Below the pieces are notes generated by a model, which ran no database searches, had not been told where the DNA came from, and was given only the letters and a program-made list of their open reading frames with translations. The translations under genes were made by a program, and so were the position numbers. A stretch of DNA of 64,000 nt from Eledone cirrhosa (Eukaryota): assembly GCA_964016885.1 (NCBI GenBank), contig OZ024756.1:40672001-40736000 (forward strand), written 5' to 3'. The first letter of the stretch is position 1, and the number at the start of each line of letters is the position of its first letter. Below, in pieces: positions 36,701-48,895 of this stretch.

Positions 36701-37859
36701 TGTCTCATTTACCGTATCCTCCGATCGAACGAAGTCTTGTCAGCAACATTTGGGTGGCAGAAACTGCTTGGAAGCCTGTCAGATGGACTACTGTACATGT
36801 AATTCAAGGGGCCAGCCTTGTCACATACTGTGTGACACTGAATCTCCCTGAGGAATCTGAGGAATGTTCAACCACTTACACGATAATTTCAGAACTGATC
36901 GAACATACATACATGTGTGTGTATGTATATATACACACACACACACATGTATGTATGTGCGTATATATATATAAACACACATATACACACACACTACAAA
37001 TATAATCAGCGCAATAAGAAATGGGAGATATTATGATTTATGAGGCTCAGACAGGTGCTCTTATATTTGTATTGATTAAATCGATCTTGGGAAGTGACTG
37101 ATGCATTATTTTATTGATTTCGGAAGAATGTCTGGCAAACATTAACCGCAGTTATTTGAACTCAAAATATGAATGACATGAAACACTGTCTTAGTGTCAA
37201 CCTTCAATATTTGATAAATATATTACTTATAAACACACACATATAATTTCTCTCTATATATAAGGGTGGATTCCCGGTGGGGATCGGGAAAAGACTCCCA
37301 GTTAAAATTGGTTGATCGAGTATAGGTATCTTTACTTTTTTATAAAAAATATTGATACCATATGAACGAAACAGTTCTAGTCCTATAGAAGACATTTCTA
37401 TTACACACACATATATATATAAGCACATACATATATGTAAATACTAATAGGTGTCTGTACAAGACAAGCCTGATTTTTCTTAGGTATGGTTATTGTCAAT
37501 GAAACCATTTCTACTACATAGACTAATGTTTCTATTTTGCTGCTAGGTGGCTAAAATAAGCCAACCCTGGCGAGTATTGAACTTAAAATCAAACGAAAAG
37601 GGTACAGAATACAACATTGTATCATTGTGTTTAGTACGGTGCTCTACAGCTCAGGAACATCGTTTAGCTTGTCCAAGAGAAATGTTTAAAATAAATTAAA
37701 ATGATCAAGAAGATGACAGCGTATGGTTTCGAACCAGTTTAACAGAAGGTCAGATCTCAGAGAGTACAGTGTATTTATATTGTATTTACCCTGCAATACA
37801 GTGCCAATAGCTTTCCCTAGAACCACATAAGAGTCGCTATCTTCGTCCGAGTCCGCCAT
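23376..37859 (-). CDS. GPATCH1: G-patch domain-containing protein 1 (about 950 aa), 18 coding exons
   Basis: Exons 37859-37790, 35910-35779, 35083-34998, 34527-34361, 33671-33571, 33198-33146, 32591-32376, 30981-30840 (alternative donor 30855), 30297-30058, 29653-29282, 29093-28915, 28337-28210, 26686-26583, 26156-25969, 25230-25029, 24735-24496, 24228-24113 and 23492-23376. All GT-AG, phases consistent. Motifs: [33 protein letters not shown]-patch [61 protein letters not shown] and a Lys-rich tail. Confidence 0.95.
25744..25951. mobile_element. piggyBac-type MITE family A copy
   Basis: TTAA-flanked; right TIR TAAATGCTAAAGGG; 18 nt from a GPATCH1 donor. Confidence 0.8.
26727..27822. repeat. 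51-bp minisatellite (about 21 copies) in a GPATCH1 intron
   Basis: Unit CCACTAGACTCCAGCACTGCACTGTGGTGCACATCACCAACTTCAGTGGCA; explains the 455-aa and 382-aa repetitive ORFs. Confidence 0.97.
29747..29964. mobile_element. piggyBac-type MITE family A, intact copy (218 bp)
   Basis: Perfect 14-bp TIRs CCCTTTAGCATTTA / TAAATGCTAAAGGG, with TTAA at 29743-29746 and 29965-29968. Confidence 0.88.
30580..30790. repeat. About 44-bp tandem repeat related to the SINE-B internal subrepeat
   Basis: GAGTGTACTGGGTGTATTTTATTGT..CACCAG x4-5. Confidence 0.8.
31030..32212. repeat. About 30-bp compound minisatellite: GGCTGACTGAA plus variable (CA)n(TA)n
   Basis: Constant 11-mer separated by variable dinucleotide tracts; explains the 389-464-aa minus-strand ORFs. 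Confidence 0.96.
32684..32935. repeat. 41-bp minisatellite (6 copies)
   Basis: Unit GGTACCACACTAACACCTACACCAATCCACAGACCTCAACT. Confidence 0.93.
33770..33955 (+). mobile_element. Penelope-like pseudo-LTR remnant with a minimal hammerhead-like core
   Basis: CTGATGAAGGA-ctagcc-TCCGAAACGTTA at 33838-33866; homologous degenerate copy at about 6340-6510; both abut (TA)n. Confidence 0.5.
36200..36575 (+). mobile_element. CR1/L2-type LINE 3' remnant
   Basis: Encodes [19 protein letters not shown], the CR1-like ORF2 C-terminus, followed by a 3' UTR ending in (ATT)n. Confidence 0.72.
36615..36900 (+). mobile_element. tRNA-headed SINE family C
   Basis: A-box-like TGGCTAAATGG and B-box GGTTCGATACC; the body CTGAATCTCCCTGAG is shared with about 42635-42800. 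Confidence 0.6.
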
Positions 37860-39177
37860 GCTTTAGAACAGCAACAATAACACACCACAGTCGGCAGTAA
37901 ATAATTACTTCTGATGTAATTAGTAGAAATTTCTATTAGAAGCAGTCGCCGCATGGTAAAATACAAACTGATTTACAATAACTTGTTTTTTCGGTATTTT
38001 TATCATTATTATTATTATTAAACCTGTCTCCAGTTTAGAGGGGACATTTAATCGTAGCCTTAACCCTCACCCTCCTTAAGCACAAGGCCACTAATGTTGG
38101 AGGAGGGGAGAAAGTCGATTAAATCGATCCCAGTACTTGACTGGTGCTTTATTTAATCGACCCCTGAAGAATGAATGGCATCATTGACCTCGGCGGGATT
38201 TGAACACAGAACCTTGAAAGTCGCAACTAAATAACGCAAATCATTTTGCCTGATGCTCAACCGATTACTGCTAACCAACAACCCTTTTTGTTTTAAATCG
38301 TTTCTAATATAGGCACAAGGCCAGTAATTTGGGGGTAGGGAAAATCCGATTAAATCCACCTAGTACTTGACTGGTACTTTATTTCATCGACTCCTGAAGG
38401 ATGAAAGGATGAAAGGATGAAAGGCAGGATTTGAACTCAGACAGTAAAGGACTGTAATAAATACTGCTCCGACGACTCTGCCAATCTACTGCCCTAGACA
38501 GGTGTATAATTAAAAAAAATTACGCTTTTTTCTTCTTGTCTTTTTTCTTCATTATATTTTTAACGACTTCTCGTAAAAATATTTATGTTTAACGTCAACT
38601 CCGCCACCTCGCTAATCCCAAGGCCAATTGCTGTTTAACCTCAGGTTGGTCCCGTCTTTTCCTTATGTTCAGGGAACCCAGAAACACATTATCCAACGTG
38701 TCCGTTTTAAATACGGTAATTGTGTGTAGTCCAAGAGAGATTGAGCTTCGATTTCTAGCAAGTTGTGTGACCAGGGAGAGATTCTCTCGTTAGCTCAAAT
38801 ATTTGTAGGTGAAGAATATAGGAGATTGATTCAAAGTTGTATAGAGGGATCTGTTTTAATCCTTTAATCAACCATTCAAGGGGCCTTTATATGTCTCTAT
38901 ATGCTAGAAATAGCAGCCAAATGTCCCCCCACTTCACACTCACATCACAGTGTCTTGATAACAGGACGGACACACAAGATAATCTACTTCTAGATACACT
39001 ATGCCAAACAAAATGGTGGGATTGTCACGCCTGGAATGCCTTTGATCATAAGTCTGTTCGCACAGGTTTAACCTGGAACTAAACTACAATTGAGCTATTA
39101 AATAAAAAATCCACCTCTACATCATCTTGAGCTCAGTACGTTGAGCGGTGTTCAGTTGAATGGTCATCTTCGTCGCC

Positions 39178-39342
39178 TCAACGTCTGCTAACAGCATTGT
39201 AACGAGAATCCTTTTTAGGCAAATGTAAAGAGCTCTTAACTCTTATTGGAGTCGTAGGGACGCCATCCTGACACACTGCGTCTGTTGAACATTTTAAACC
39301 CGACGGAGCCCATCCCCCTCCTGGTCGGAACTCAGATGATTT

Positions 39343-39427
<85 letters not shown>

Positions 39428-40849
39428 ACGAACCTCAGTACTGAACTGATACTTTATTTATCGACCTCCAAAGGATGAAAGTCAAATATATATTGCTGTT
39501 TGATATCTATAGAAAATGAAATGGTTGACCTTTCAATTTTTAAAATAATTCCATAATAACCAATTTTTCAAAAGAAAATTAATGGTGCCATTTATTTTGT
39601 CTTTGGTGGAATATTTAATAACGAAACGGGCATCTAATCACTATTGCATTGTTTTTATGTAATCAATATCAGTAAATGATTGATATTACACCAATAATTA
39701 TCTCCCTTGCACTGAGAACATTAGCAATTCATTCACAGTGGAGACTTCTGGTATCCTTGACCCTAGGACCACCTCCCTTCTCACCACCATCAGCACAGAG
39801 TTGGCTACCCGCAGGTGTGAGCCTTGTGAGCTGAAATGGCTCTTCCAGCACATTTCCCTCACCATCCTCCAGAGAAACGCCTTCTCTATATTGTCCGCCG
39901 GGGCCATGGGGTGGCCAACGCGTGTCACCCCTCCATTTGCTCACAATAGTGAGAGAGACGGAGGCAGTGACAGTGAGAGTTTGGTTCGGACTTGGTGTAA
40001 ATGTACATGTTTCACGGGCACAAGTACATACACAGAATATTCAGATATAGTTAGGCTGAACTTTCGAATCTAATCTAAAACATTTTCCATTCAATAATAC
40101 TGTTTTATTTTCTCAACAGTCGAATTCGGCGAATTCTGAATTGAATCCACGGGTTTTAAGATTAGAGTTGAAGACTTTTTGTTAGAAAATATGAACATTT
40201 AGTTTTTTCACTGACAAAATGTTAAAGTTTTATTTTATTTTTCCATACATCGATTATATCCAGAAACAATTTTGGCGGAAAATTATGTATGTCTGCAGCC
40301 CCCAAAATGATAGGAGCAATACGGTTATGTATCTATACATACTCCTCACTCTGTAATGAATACCCGGCTCAACTCGTCTGCTCAAATTGTATTTTGTAAC
40401 CACTTCCACATCACCAATGTCTTCCTTGTGTTGAATATATTCTTTCAGACACTAAGAATTATGTGTTACTGATACAAAGAATGATGCTTTATCAAGGTAT
40501 TTATAATTTGGTTCTATACACACATCTTTACATCATATATAAACATACATACATCTCTTTGATTTGTTTTATCTGTAATTTAGAATTTTAACTTCGATAT
40601 GTTTCATCCAATATTGGCCCAGGCCATGTTTAACTTAATATCACCGCCTGGCTATATAGATAGATCATGTATGTTAGTTTTTCACTATGTCGTTGTATCA
40701 TGTTAATTTTATGTAGAATAAAAACAATTTACAGTTGTTATTGTTGAAGATAAACCCTGTTTTGGTTTATTTAGTAGTTTCTCTATGTTTGATATATCCC
40801 TCGTTTCATTACTCATCGGATCCGCACAGCACATGCCAGGACAGTCCAT
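39178..40849 (-). CDS. Candidate unannotated small protein (127 aa), 3 coding exons
   Basis: Exons 40849-40733, 40451-40350 and 39342-39178 are GT-AG bounded, all phase 0 and stop-free. They translate to MDCPGMCCADPMSNETRDISNIEKLLNKPKQGLSSTITT-CLKEYIQHKEDIGDVEVVTKYNLSRRVEPGIHYR-KSSEFRPGGGWAPSGLKCSTDAVCQDGVPTTPIRVKSSLHLPKKDSRYNAVSRR*. No confident homology call. Confidence 0.45.
39730..39905 (+). mobile_element. CRE/SLACS-type LINE 3' remnant
   Basis: FTVETSG...WLFQHISLTILQRNAFSIL resembles the CRE-clade terminal motif (VETxG...FQRISxAxQRGNA). Confidence 0.65.
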
Positions 40850-41065
40850 TATCTCTATCGATGGAAAATGAAAGACTTCCCAGCATGAGACTGTGGGAAC
40901 CCTGATCAGACAGTACTGCAAGTTCAGGATTATGTGACTGTGGAGACCCTAACCAGACACTACTACATGTTAGGGATTGTTCCCTCAGACGTTTTACCGG
41001 CGGCAATCCATAATACTACAAATGGCACCATAGTCTGGCTCACCTATCTCGATCTGTCTCTAACA
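40795..41065 (+). mobile_element. Non-LTR retrotransposon ORF2 C-terminal remnant (CCHC knuckle, I/Ingi-like)
   Basis: HRIRTAHARTVHYLYRWKMKDFPA*DCGNPDQTV, an internally duplicated DCGDPNQTLLHVRDC, then ...WLTYLDL. Confidence 0.55.
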
Positions 41066-41204
41066 ATTGTACATATGTTTGGTATGGAAAGGGTTAAAAC
41101 GGTGTCGAAGATGTTTTGCTTGCTGAATTCTTAGGTTTTCTCTTTTTGTTATTGTTTTATTGCTCTACAATATTGAGTTCAGTCACAAATATTGAAGTTC
41201 TACC

Positions 41205-41398
41205 ATAATTGTTTCTACGTTAGGCACAAAGCCAGCAAATAACCCAGTGCATTACTGGTACTTTATTTTATCGACCCCATAAGGATGAAAGGCAAAGTTA
41301 ACCTTGGCGGGATTTGAACTCAGAATGGCAAGGGCCGTAACTCTATGCGTCAAAACATGGCGTCCGACCCTATACCGATACTGCCAATCCACCGCCTA
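41205..41398 (-). mobile_element. tRNA-derived SINE family A copy
   Basis: Near-colinear with 11130-11322. Confidence 0.8.
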
Positions 41399-42311
41399 CC
41401 ATAATGGTAACATGTTAGGTGAAGTGGAACCAGGTGAGGTGGGCCAGGTGAATGTGAGATGATGGTGAGGCGAAACCAGGTGAGGTGGGGCCAGGTAAGG
41501 TGAAGCGAGACCAGGTGAGGTGATGGTGAGATGAGATAATGGCGAGGAAACACAAGTTTGTCTCAAGATCTAATGTAGAAAGAATGTGTTAACATTATTT
41601 GGTGGTTTACCAATATATTGACACTCCAAGAACTAACACATTCTTCTCTCAGTCACCCTTCTACCTCTCTCTACCTCCTTCTCTTTCTCCCCTCCCTTCT
41701 AAATCACTCCTGTTCTCTCTCCCCTGTATCTTCCAAGTCATTCTTGATCTCTGAAACGTTGATCACATCACTCTTTCAAGGTGTGTTCTCTTACCTGGCC
41801 TTCGCTAAGGTAACACCAAAGTATTCTCAAAGAAAAGGAAAAAAAAAAAAAGAGAATCATACACACATATACATATGTAAACACACACACACATACATAT
41901 ATATAATCATACACACATACATATGAAAACGAACACACATACATATGTAAACATACACACACATAAATAAACACACACATGTACATATGTAAACATACAC
42001 ATGTACATATATAAACATACACACATACATATGTAAACATGTAAACATACACACATATATCCACACAGACAACCATACAATATACACACGCACGCATATA
42101 TATATATATATATATACACACACACGCGATGCAGTAGAAACTGTTGGCGCACTTTTGCGATATTTTGTTGAGGAATTTCTCTACGTGAACCTCCCCACTG
42201 GTTCACCACCCACCTACATTCTCTTCAACACAAATATGTATATGTTGGCTCATTGTATCAGCAGTTGAGATGTATGTATGTATATATATATGTGTGTGTT
42301 GGCTCATTCTG

Positions 42312-42342
<31 letters not shown>

Positions 42343-43453
42343 TGGCTCATTCTCTCTATATATATGTGTGTGTGTGTGTGTGTACGTGTTGGCTCATTGT
42401 ATCATAGCAGTTGAGATGTATGTATGTATGTGTGTGTGTTGGTTCATTCTATTATAGCAGTTTATATATATATATACATATATATATGTATGTGTGTGTT
42501 GGTTCATTCTATTATACCAGTTTAGATGTATGTATATATATATATATATATGTTTGTGTGTGTATGTATATACATATATAAATTCTCTTTATCTCATGTA
42601 TGTGTATAATATATACACACATGTATGTATATGTGTAGGCATGTAGCTTAGTGTTTAGGTTGATCAGCTCAGGATCGTAAGAGAGTGAGTTTCGATCACT
42701 TTGCTGCAAGAGTTATATCTGTAAGTCAAAGGACCATCCTTCTCACGCTGAATCTCCCTGAGAACTACGTTAAGGCTACACGTGTCTTTGTAATGGCTAG
42801 CCACTGAAGACTGTGAAGCTTCTCAAACCCTTACTACCCTCAGCGGGGTTTGAACTCAGAAAATAAAAGGCTGTAACTCTATACTGCAAAGGGAATTGTC
42901 CGGCGCTCTACCGATACTGCTAATCTACGTAAATAATGATCATTCTAGAATACAGTAACAACAACAACAACAACAAAAATGAAGGTGTGTTGAAGGATGG
43001 AACGCCATTCTTCATAAACCGGTTCAATCAGAGCTGACCTAGGATTAAAATAATAGCATATGACAAGAGTTGTTTGGGGGAGCCGTGCCGCTGTCAACGA
43101 AGTTCTTGTCAATGTTGGCAGCTCGCCTTATCGACATATCAAGTGAATACCCAGAGAGTACATATATATTTGACATAGGTTTATTTATTACATATACTAG
43201 CAGAAAAACCACTCGAAGGATGGTTTTCTGCTAGCATGTGTAGTGTGTATATTGATATTTTACGCAAGTATATATACACGTAGATATGATACATCAAATA
43301 AAATCGTAATTGACAATATAAACAGAAATTGAACGAAGACGTTGTTACACTGTCTTATGTAATCAGTAATGTAATCCATGATACATTAAAAAAGACGATA
43401 TTATATATAAACTGCATTAGGAGAAAATTAGTATGTTTATTTAAGTGATCGCC

Positions 43454-43538
43454 ACCGGAAGTGTTGACATCACACACTCTCCCTTTCTATATATGGGGTA
43501 GTAGAAGTGGTGATGGTGGCAACAATATACCGGAAGTG
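43454..43538. promoter_or_regulatory. Paired ETS/GABP-type motifs (putative promoter)
   Basis: ACCGGAAGTG at 43454-43463 and at 43529-43538 in otherwise unique AT-rich DNA. Confidence 0.45.
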
Positions 43539-45359
43539 CAACTTTGAAAAGAAGTCAATTTTAAATTATTTATTTTTACGAAATTATTTTTCTTTACGAA
43601 ATTTAGTAGATAAATTATGTAATATTCATTCATAATCCAACTTATTTTACTAACGGGATAAAAAATAAATAAACCGTATGCAGTCCCGCAGACCTTCCTT
43701 TATTATAGTTTAGATTGTAAGACAGCGTGGGTTGACAGCGGGTTTTTACTTTTACGTTGAGTTCAAATCCCGCCGAGGACAATTTTGCCTTTCGTTCTTT
43801 CGGAGGTGGAAGGCGGAGTGGGATCGATAAAATAAAATAAAGTACCAGTCATGACTTTCCATCGCCACCCTCTCCACAAATTGTTGGCACTCTGCCTAAA
43901 TTGTAAATAATTATATAAATTGACAGTCTTACTGAATAATCTCCCCTTGGTACTTCTCAGCTTTACCCTTGTTCATCACCCACGATCGCTACCCACGCTC
44001 GCTTCCCACACCCACTCCCACCAACTAAATTTCACAAAGAACTAGTCATTCCTAAAATATCGTCGCACCCAAATTACCAAGCCTTTATTATAATCGAAAG
44101 TATTTAGTACATAGACCCACTCTGGGTGTGTTTATCATGTAAATCATCAACACTAGGGAGGTTGTCAGGTCTAAGACACAGCTGAAGAATCCTCCAGACT
44201 CTTTGTCTGGCAAGTTTTCTACAGCAAGGTGCCCTTCATATCACCAACCACTTTCCTGGGTGCATTTATCGTGACACCAGCTCTAGAGAGGTTGTTATCA
44301 TTGACTCAACTGAAGAGCTCTCACTACCTTATGGGGAAGGGTTGTGGGTGTATGACATGGGTGAGTGCCAAATGTGGATGGATTCCCTTGTGCTGGTGCT
44401 ATCATCATCATCATCATCACCGTTGAACGTCTGTTCTTCCACGCTAGCATGGGTTAGACGGGTTGTCCTGTTGTGAGCAGTGTCCGGTCGGTTGACCTTG
44501 TCTTGCTCATACGGGAACTGATTCTGGCTTGATTTCTACAGCTGAATGCCCTTCCTAACACCCACCTCATTTACAGTGAGTGCTGGGTGCTTTTTTCTGT
44601 GGCGCCTACATGTCTATTTTACAGTGTGGGCTGGGTGCTTTTTTGCCGTGGCACCTCCACGACCACTTTGCAGTGGGAGGGTGTGGGGGCATATGATAAA
44701 ACATACCTGGTGCATTCAATAAAGTGATTGGTGTTAGGAATGTCTTCCAGTCATAGAAACAATACTGAGAGGACCCTTCAGTAATGATACAATTTCTCTA
44801 GTGCTGGTGCCATAAAACACACCAAGTACATAATGTAGGGTGGCTGCTGACAGGAAGGGTATGCAGCTGTAGAAACTAGCCATAAAGAGAGAATTCTTCA
44901 GGTGTGTCAAGGACACAATAAACTCTCTAGCAATGGTGCCACAATAAAACACACCCTGTACTCTCTGTAAAGTGGTTGATGATTGAATGAAGGCAGCATA
45001 GGATAAGGAGGCCTCTCCACTGTGGTCGACAATATAACAACCTCTCTAATTCTGGATCCCCCAATAAAATGTTCCCAGTATACTCTATAAAGTGTTAGAG
45101 CTGGGACCACAATAAAATACACCCAATAGACTCTGTAATGTGCTGGTGTTACGATAGAATGCACCCAGAACACTCTGAAAGATAGTTGGTGTTAGGAAGA
45201 CCATCCACCCATAGAAACCATTCCAAATATGGACTGTATGAGCAGGTAGGTATTTGTCAGGGCTTTGTCATTAGTCCACTCCTGTTTATTATAGTTCTTC
45301 GGGTGATAAATGAAGAGTTTATGACTGGCTACCAATAGGAACTTGTGTATTGACAACCT

Positions 45360-45500
45360 GGTTCTTTACCTCCCTACTCACCACCATAGGCGCTGGGCTG
45401 GCCAACCACAGGTGTGAGCTTCGCGAGCTGGAATGGCTTTTCCAGCGCATCTCCCTTGCCGTCCTCCAGGGAAACACTTTCTCCATTCTGTCCACCGGGG
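45360..45500 (+). mobile_element. CRE/SLACS-type LINE 3' remnant (second copy)
   Basis: TSLLTTIGAGLANHRCELRELEWLFQRISLAVLQGNTFSILSTG; homologous to 39730-39905. Confidence 0.68.
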
Positions 45501-45847
45501 CTGTGGGGAGGCCACCGATATGATTGATTGACTTGTCATTTTATCAGTCAACTGTTGCTGTCGTTAACAAATTAACGTATCTTCAAACAGGGTATTGTGT
45601 CCTTCACATATGCCTACAAACCTATTCAACTACCTGGTTCTTATGACCAAATCTGGGGAAGAACTAGAGAAGAAATTCATGTCAGAACCAAAGGGTCTCA
45701 GAGTAATCTTAGCAAAGACCAAAATTACAGTAGGAAGATTCCACCAGGGAAGTGGCCATTATTGATATGTAGGAAAGTAATTAGTAGCAACTCTATATTG
45801 ATGTAGTGTAAAGATATTGGTACATAAAAGGTGTTGTGGAATATATA

Positions 45848-45943
45848 CAGGGTGTCCCCCCAAAATATATATACACTTTGATTACCTGTACAGGCAATAT
45901 TTATTAGAATGCTGTTGAAGTGTATATATTTTTGGGGGACACC

Positions 45944-45946
<3 letters not shown>
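45848..45946. mobile_element. Tc1/mariner-type mini-MITE (99 bp)
   Basis: TA|CAGGGTGTCCCCCAAAA ... TTTTGGGGGACACCCTG|TA. Confidence 0.8.
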
Positions 45947-45986
<40 letters not shown>

Positions 45987-46219
45987 TATACACACACACA
46001 TATATATATACATATATAAATATATACACATACACACAAACTTACATACACATATATGCAATCTTTCAACAACCACTATTCTTTTTTATTTTAATTCTTG
46101 TATCAGAATGTCATCTTGTCCTAGTTAAAAACAACAAAACTATAAAAAACAACAACAAAAAAACCGTCAGTCTGATGCAGGAACCGGAAAAGCCAGTTCA
46201 TGTTCACTCTGCACCGACT

Positions 46220-46462
<243 letters not shown>

Positions 46463-48895
46463 GTTCTCAATATATGCACTTTGTGACGTGTCTTTCAACA
46501 ATATCACCCACCATAAATAAAATACTCTTTTTGTATTATTATTGTTATTACTATGTAAATACAAAACTCTAGTTTCTTCGACTTATAACACAGTAGCCAT
46601 GTGATATGAGGGAATTAAATTTCTCAAGTGATTTTTTTTCTTCCCAATTACACATGGTTTTATCACATCTATTCGTAAACAAACTACTTTTCCCTTCAGA
46701 TCCCCTTATCAATAAACTGGTCTATTTTGTTAGAGTAATTTTATATAACCTTCAGATTTCTACCTAATATTTGTTGCCGTGGATGTTGATAAATTTATGT
46801 GTAATCAAATATAAACAAACATCTATGAAAAGAGGGAGTTGAGTTAGCTTATATGAAAGATCGTACGAGACGAAACTATTTTCTGTACATAAGCGACGAA
46901 TTCTCTCACTCGCTCTTCCACCCTCTCTCTCTCTATATATATATGTCTGTGTGTGTGTATGTGTTAGAATATGTTTAATATGTCGAAGTATTTAAAACAT
47001 TCAATAGTGATGGGTAGAGTGTAGAAATTTATTTTCTAAATAGAATAAGTGACACTTTTTCACTTAGAAAAAAAAAAGATATATATAAAGTGTGTGTGAA
47101 ATATTAATTTTCCTTCTAGAAATATTTAAAAAAAAAATTCTAAAAAGCAATCGGAGAGAGTTTGTGATAAACAAAGTATTAAAATATAGAAGCTGGTGAA
47201 GCAACGTGTTGCTTGTCCAGGCAGCCACACCTGTAGCACGTAAGCGACCCTCTACACACACAATATTGCTAGTCATAACTGATTGATGTTAAGCCTCGAT
47301 GTGGTGTCCACACCCACTAACACACTAGTTACTGTGTGTATTCTACTGGCTGCTAGACGTGACTAACACATAACACACCAACACCAACAAAAAAAGCACA
47401 ACAAACAAGCAACAATTACAACAACAACAATAACTTCTTCTCCTCCAGGTAGACAGAGACACACTTGCTGCAACTGACGTTGCTTTTTTTTCCTTCTTCC
47501 CCTCTTCTCTCTCATCTGGTCCGTGTGTGTCTGGCTTAAGTCTTCTTTAACAGTACTCACTACACCTGCACACACAGTGGTGGTTGTTACTCCGTACAGG
47601 TGACCCCCTTTTTCCTCATTACCACTACCTCTACAACAATTCTCACCCCGCACCACTGTCGCTATATCCTTTACCCCACAACCTACTTGACAGAAGAAAA
47701 CTGGCACAAAAAACAAAATAATAATAACAATAATATACTGGTTACTACTTTTTTTTCCCAACGCCAAATTATTGGTCTACTCTGTTTTATTGGAGCATTT
47801 TTTGTGGACATTTTTTTGTTGAAATCATCATTGGAAGTGTTTTAAAAAGGAACTTGATCAAGTTAAAACTGTGTTGCATACATACATGTATGAACTGTAA
47901 TGAAACTTCAGACAGCTGTAGTTGGAAAGAATTTATTCCTAACTGGTGACCCTTTCTCTCGACTCTTCATACTCAGATACACACTAAAAGGATTAAAAAA
48001 AGAGGAAAAAAACTCGGTAACTGGTCAGGATTTTATACAAATCATGTCTTGTATGTGTTGATGTGTTTTGTTTCACTGTATAGTAACTTTGGTCTTAAAA
48101 GGAGACGATGGTATATACATCGGTTGTATTTTGACGTGTTGAAAACATTCTGTGATTATATATATATATATATATAATTTTAAAAGACCCCTACAAAATT
48201 TCTGTGGTAATATCAAAACTTTCTCTATGTTTTTTAAACTTTATGTTGTACTCGTCACGACATATTATGTTGAGTTTCTGTCATTTGAAAAAAACAAAAA
48301 AAAACTCCTCATTTTTGGCAATGGTGCTTCACAGATAGTCACAACCGCTCATCTATAATCCCCCCACTCTCCAGATCTTAACAAACACACAACTAATTCC
48401 TTTCTTATTTAACTCATTTTTTTCCGTTATATAGAAGACGTGTGTTTCCCCCCCTGTACAATCCTTACACTCGTCTTACGATCTGGATTGTAAACATTTC
48501 GGTTTAACTAAAAAAGAAAAAGAATTTAATATAATACCCCACCCTTTTTTTTTTCCATTTCGAAAACTCATTTTATATCAGAAATTCTTTGTTATTGGAT
48601 CTGAAGATGAACAAGGACAATATTAGCATCATTTATTAATGTTTCAATCTTCTACTACTTGCCTTACCAATTCCGTTTGTTGTAAAAGCTACAAAAATAT
48701 ATAATTCTACCTGTGGTATTTGGTTACCTGTGATAAGCTTACCTTCCACCATATTCTCTTGTATTTGGCTTTTGGGACTATGTCGACCTTTTTCTATCAC
48801 GTAATCTGTGTTTCAAGAAGGAAGATTCTTGCCTCCAGTAGTATCTTTTGCCATCCAGTCTACAATAAGAGTGATTATACACAGTTTTCTTCAAG

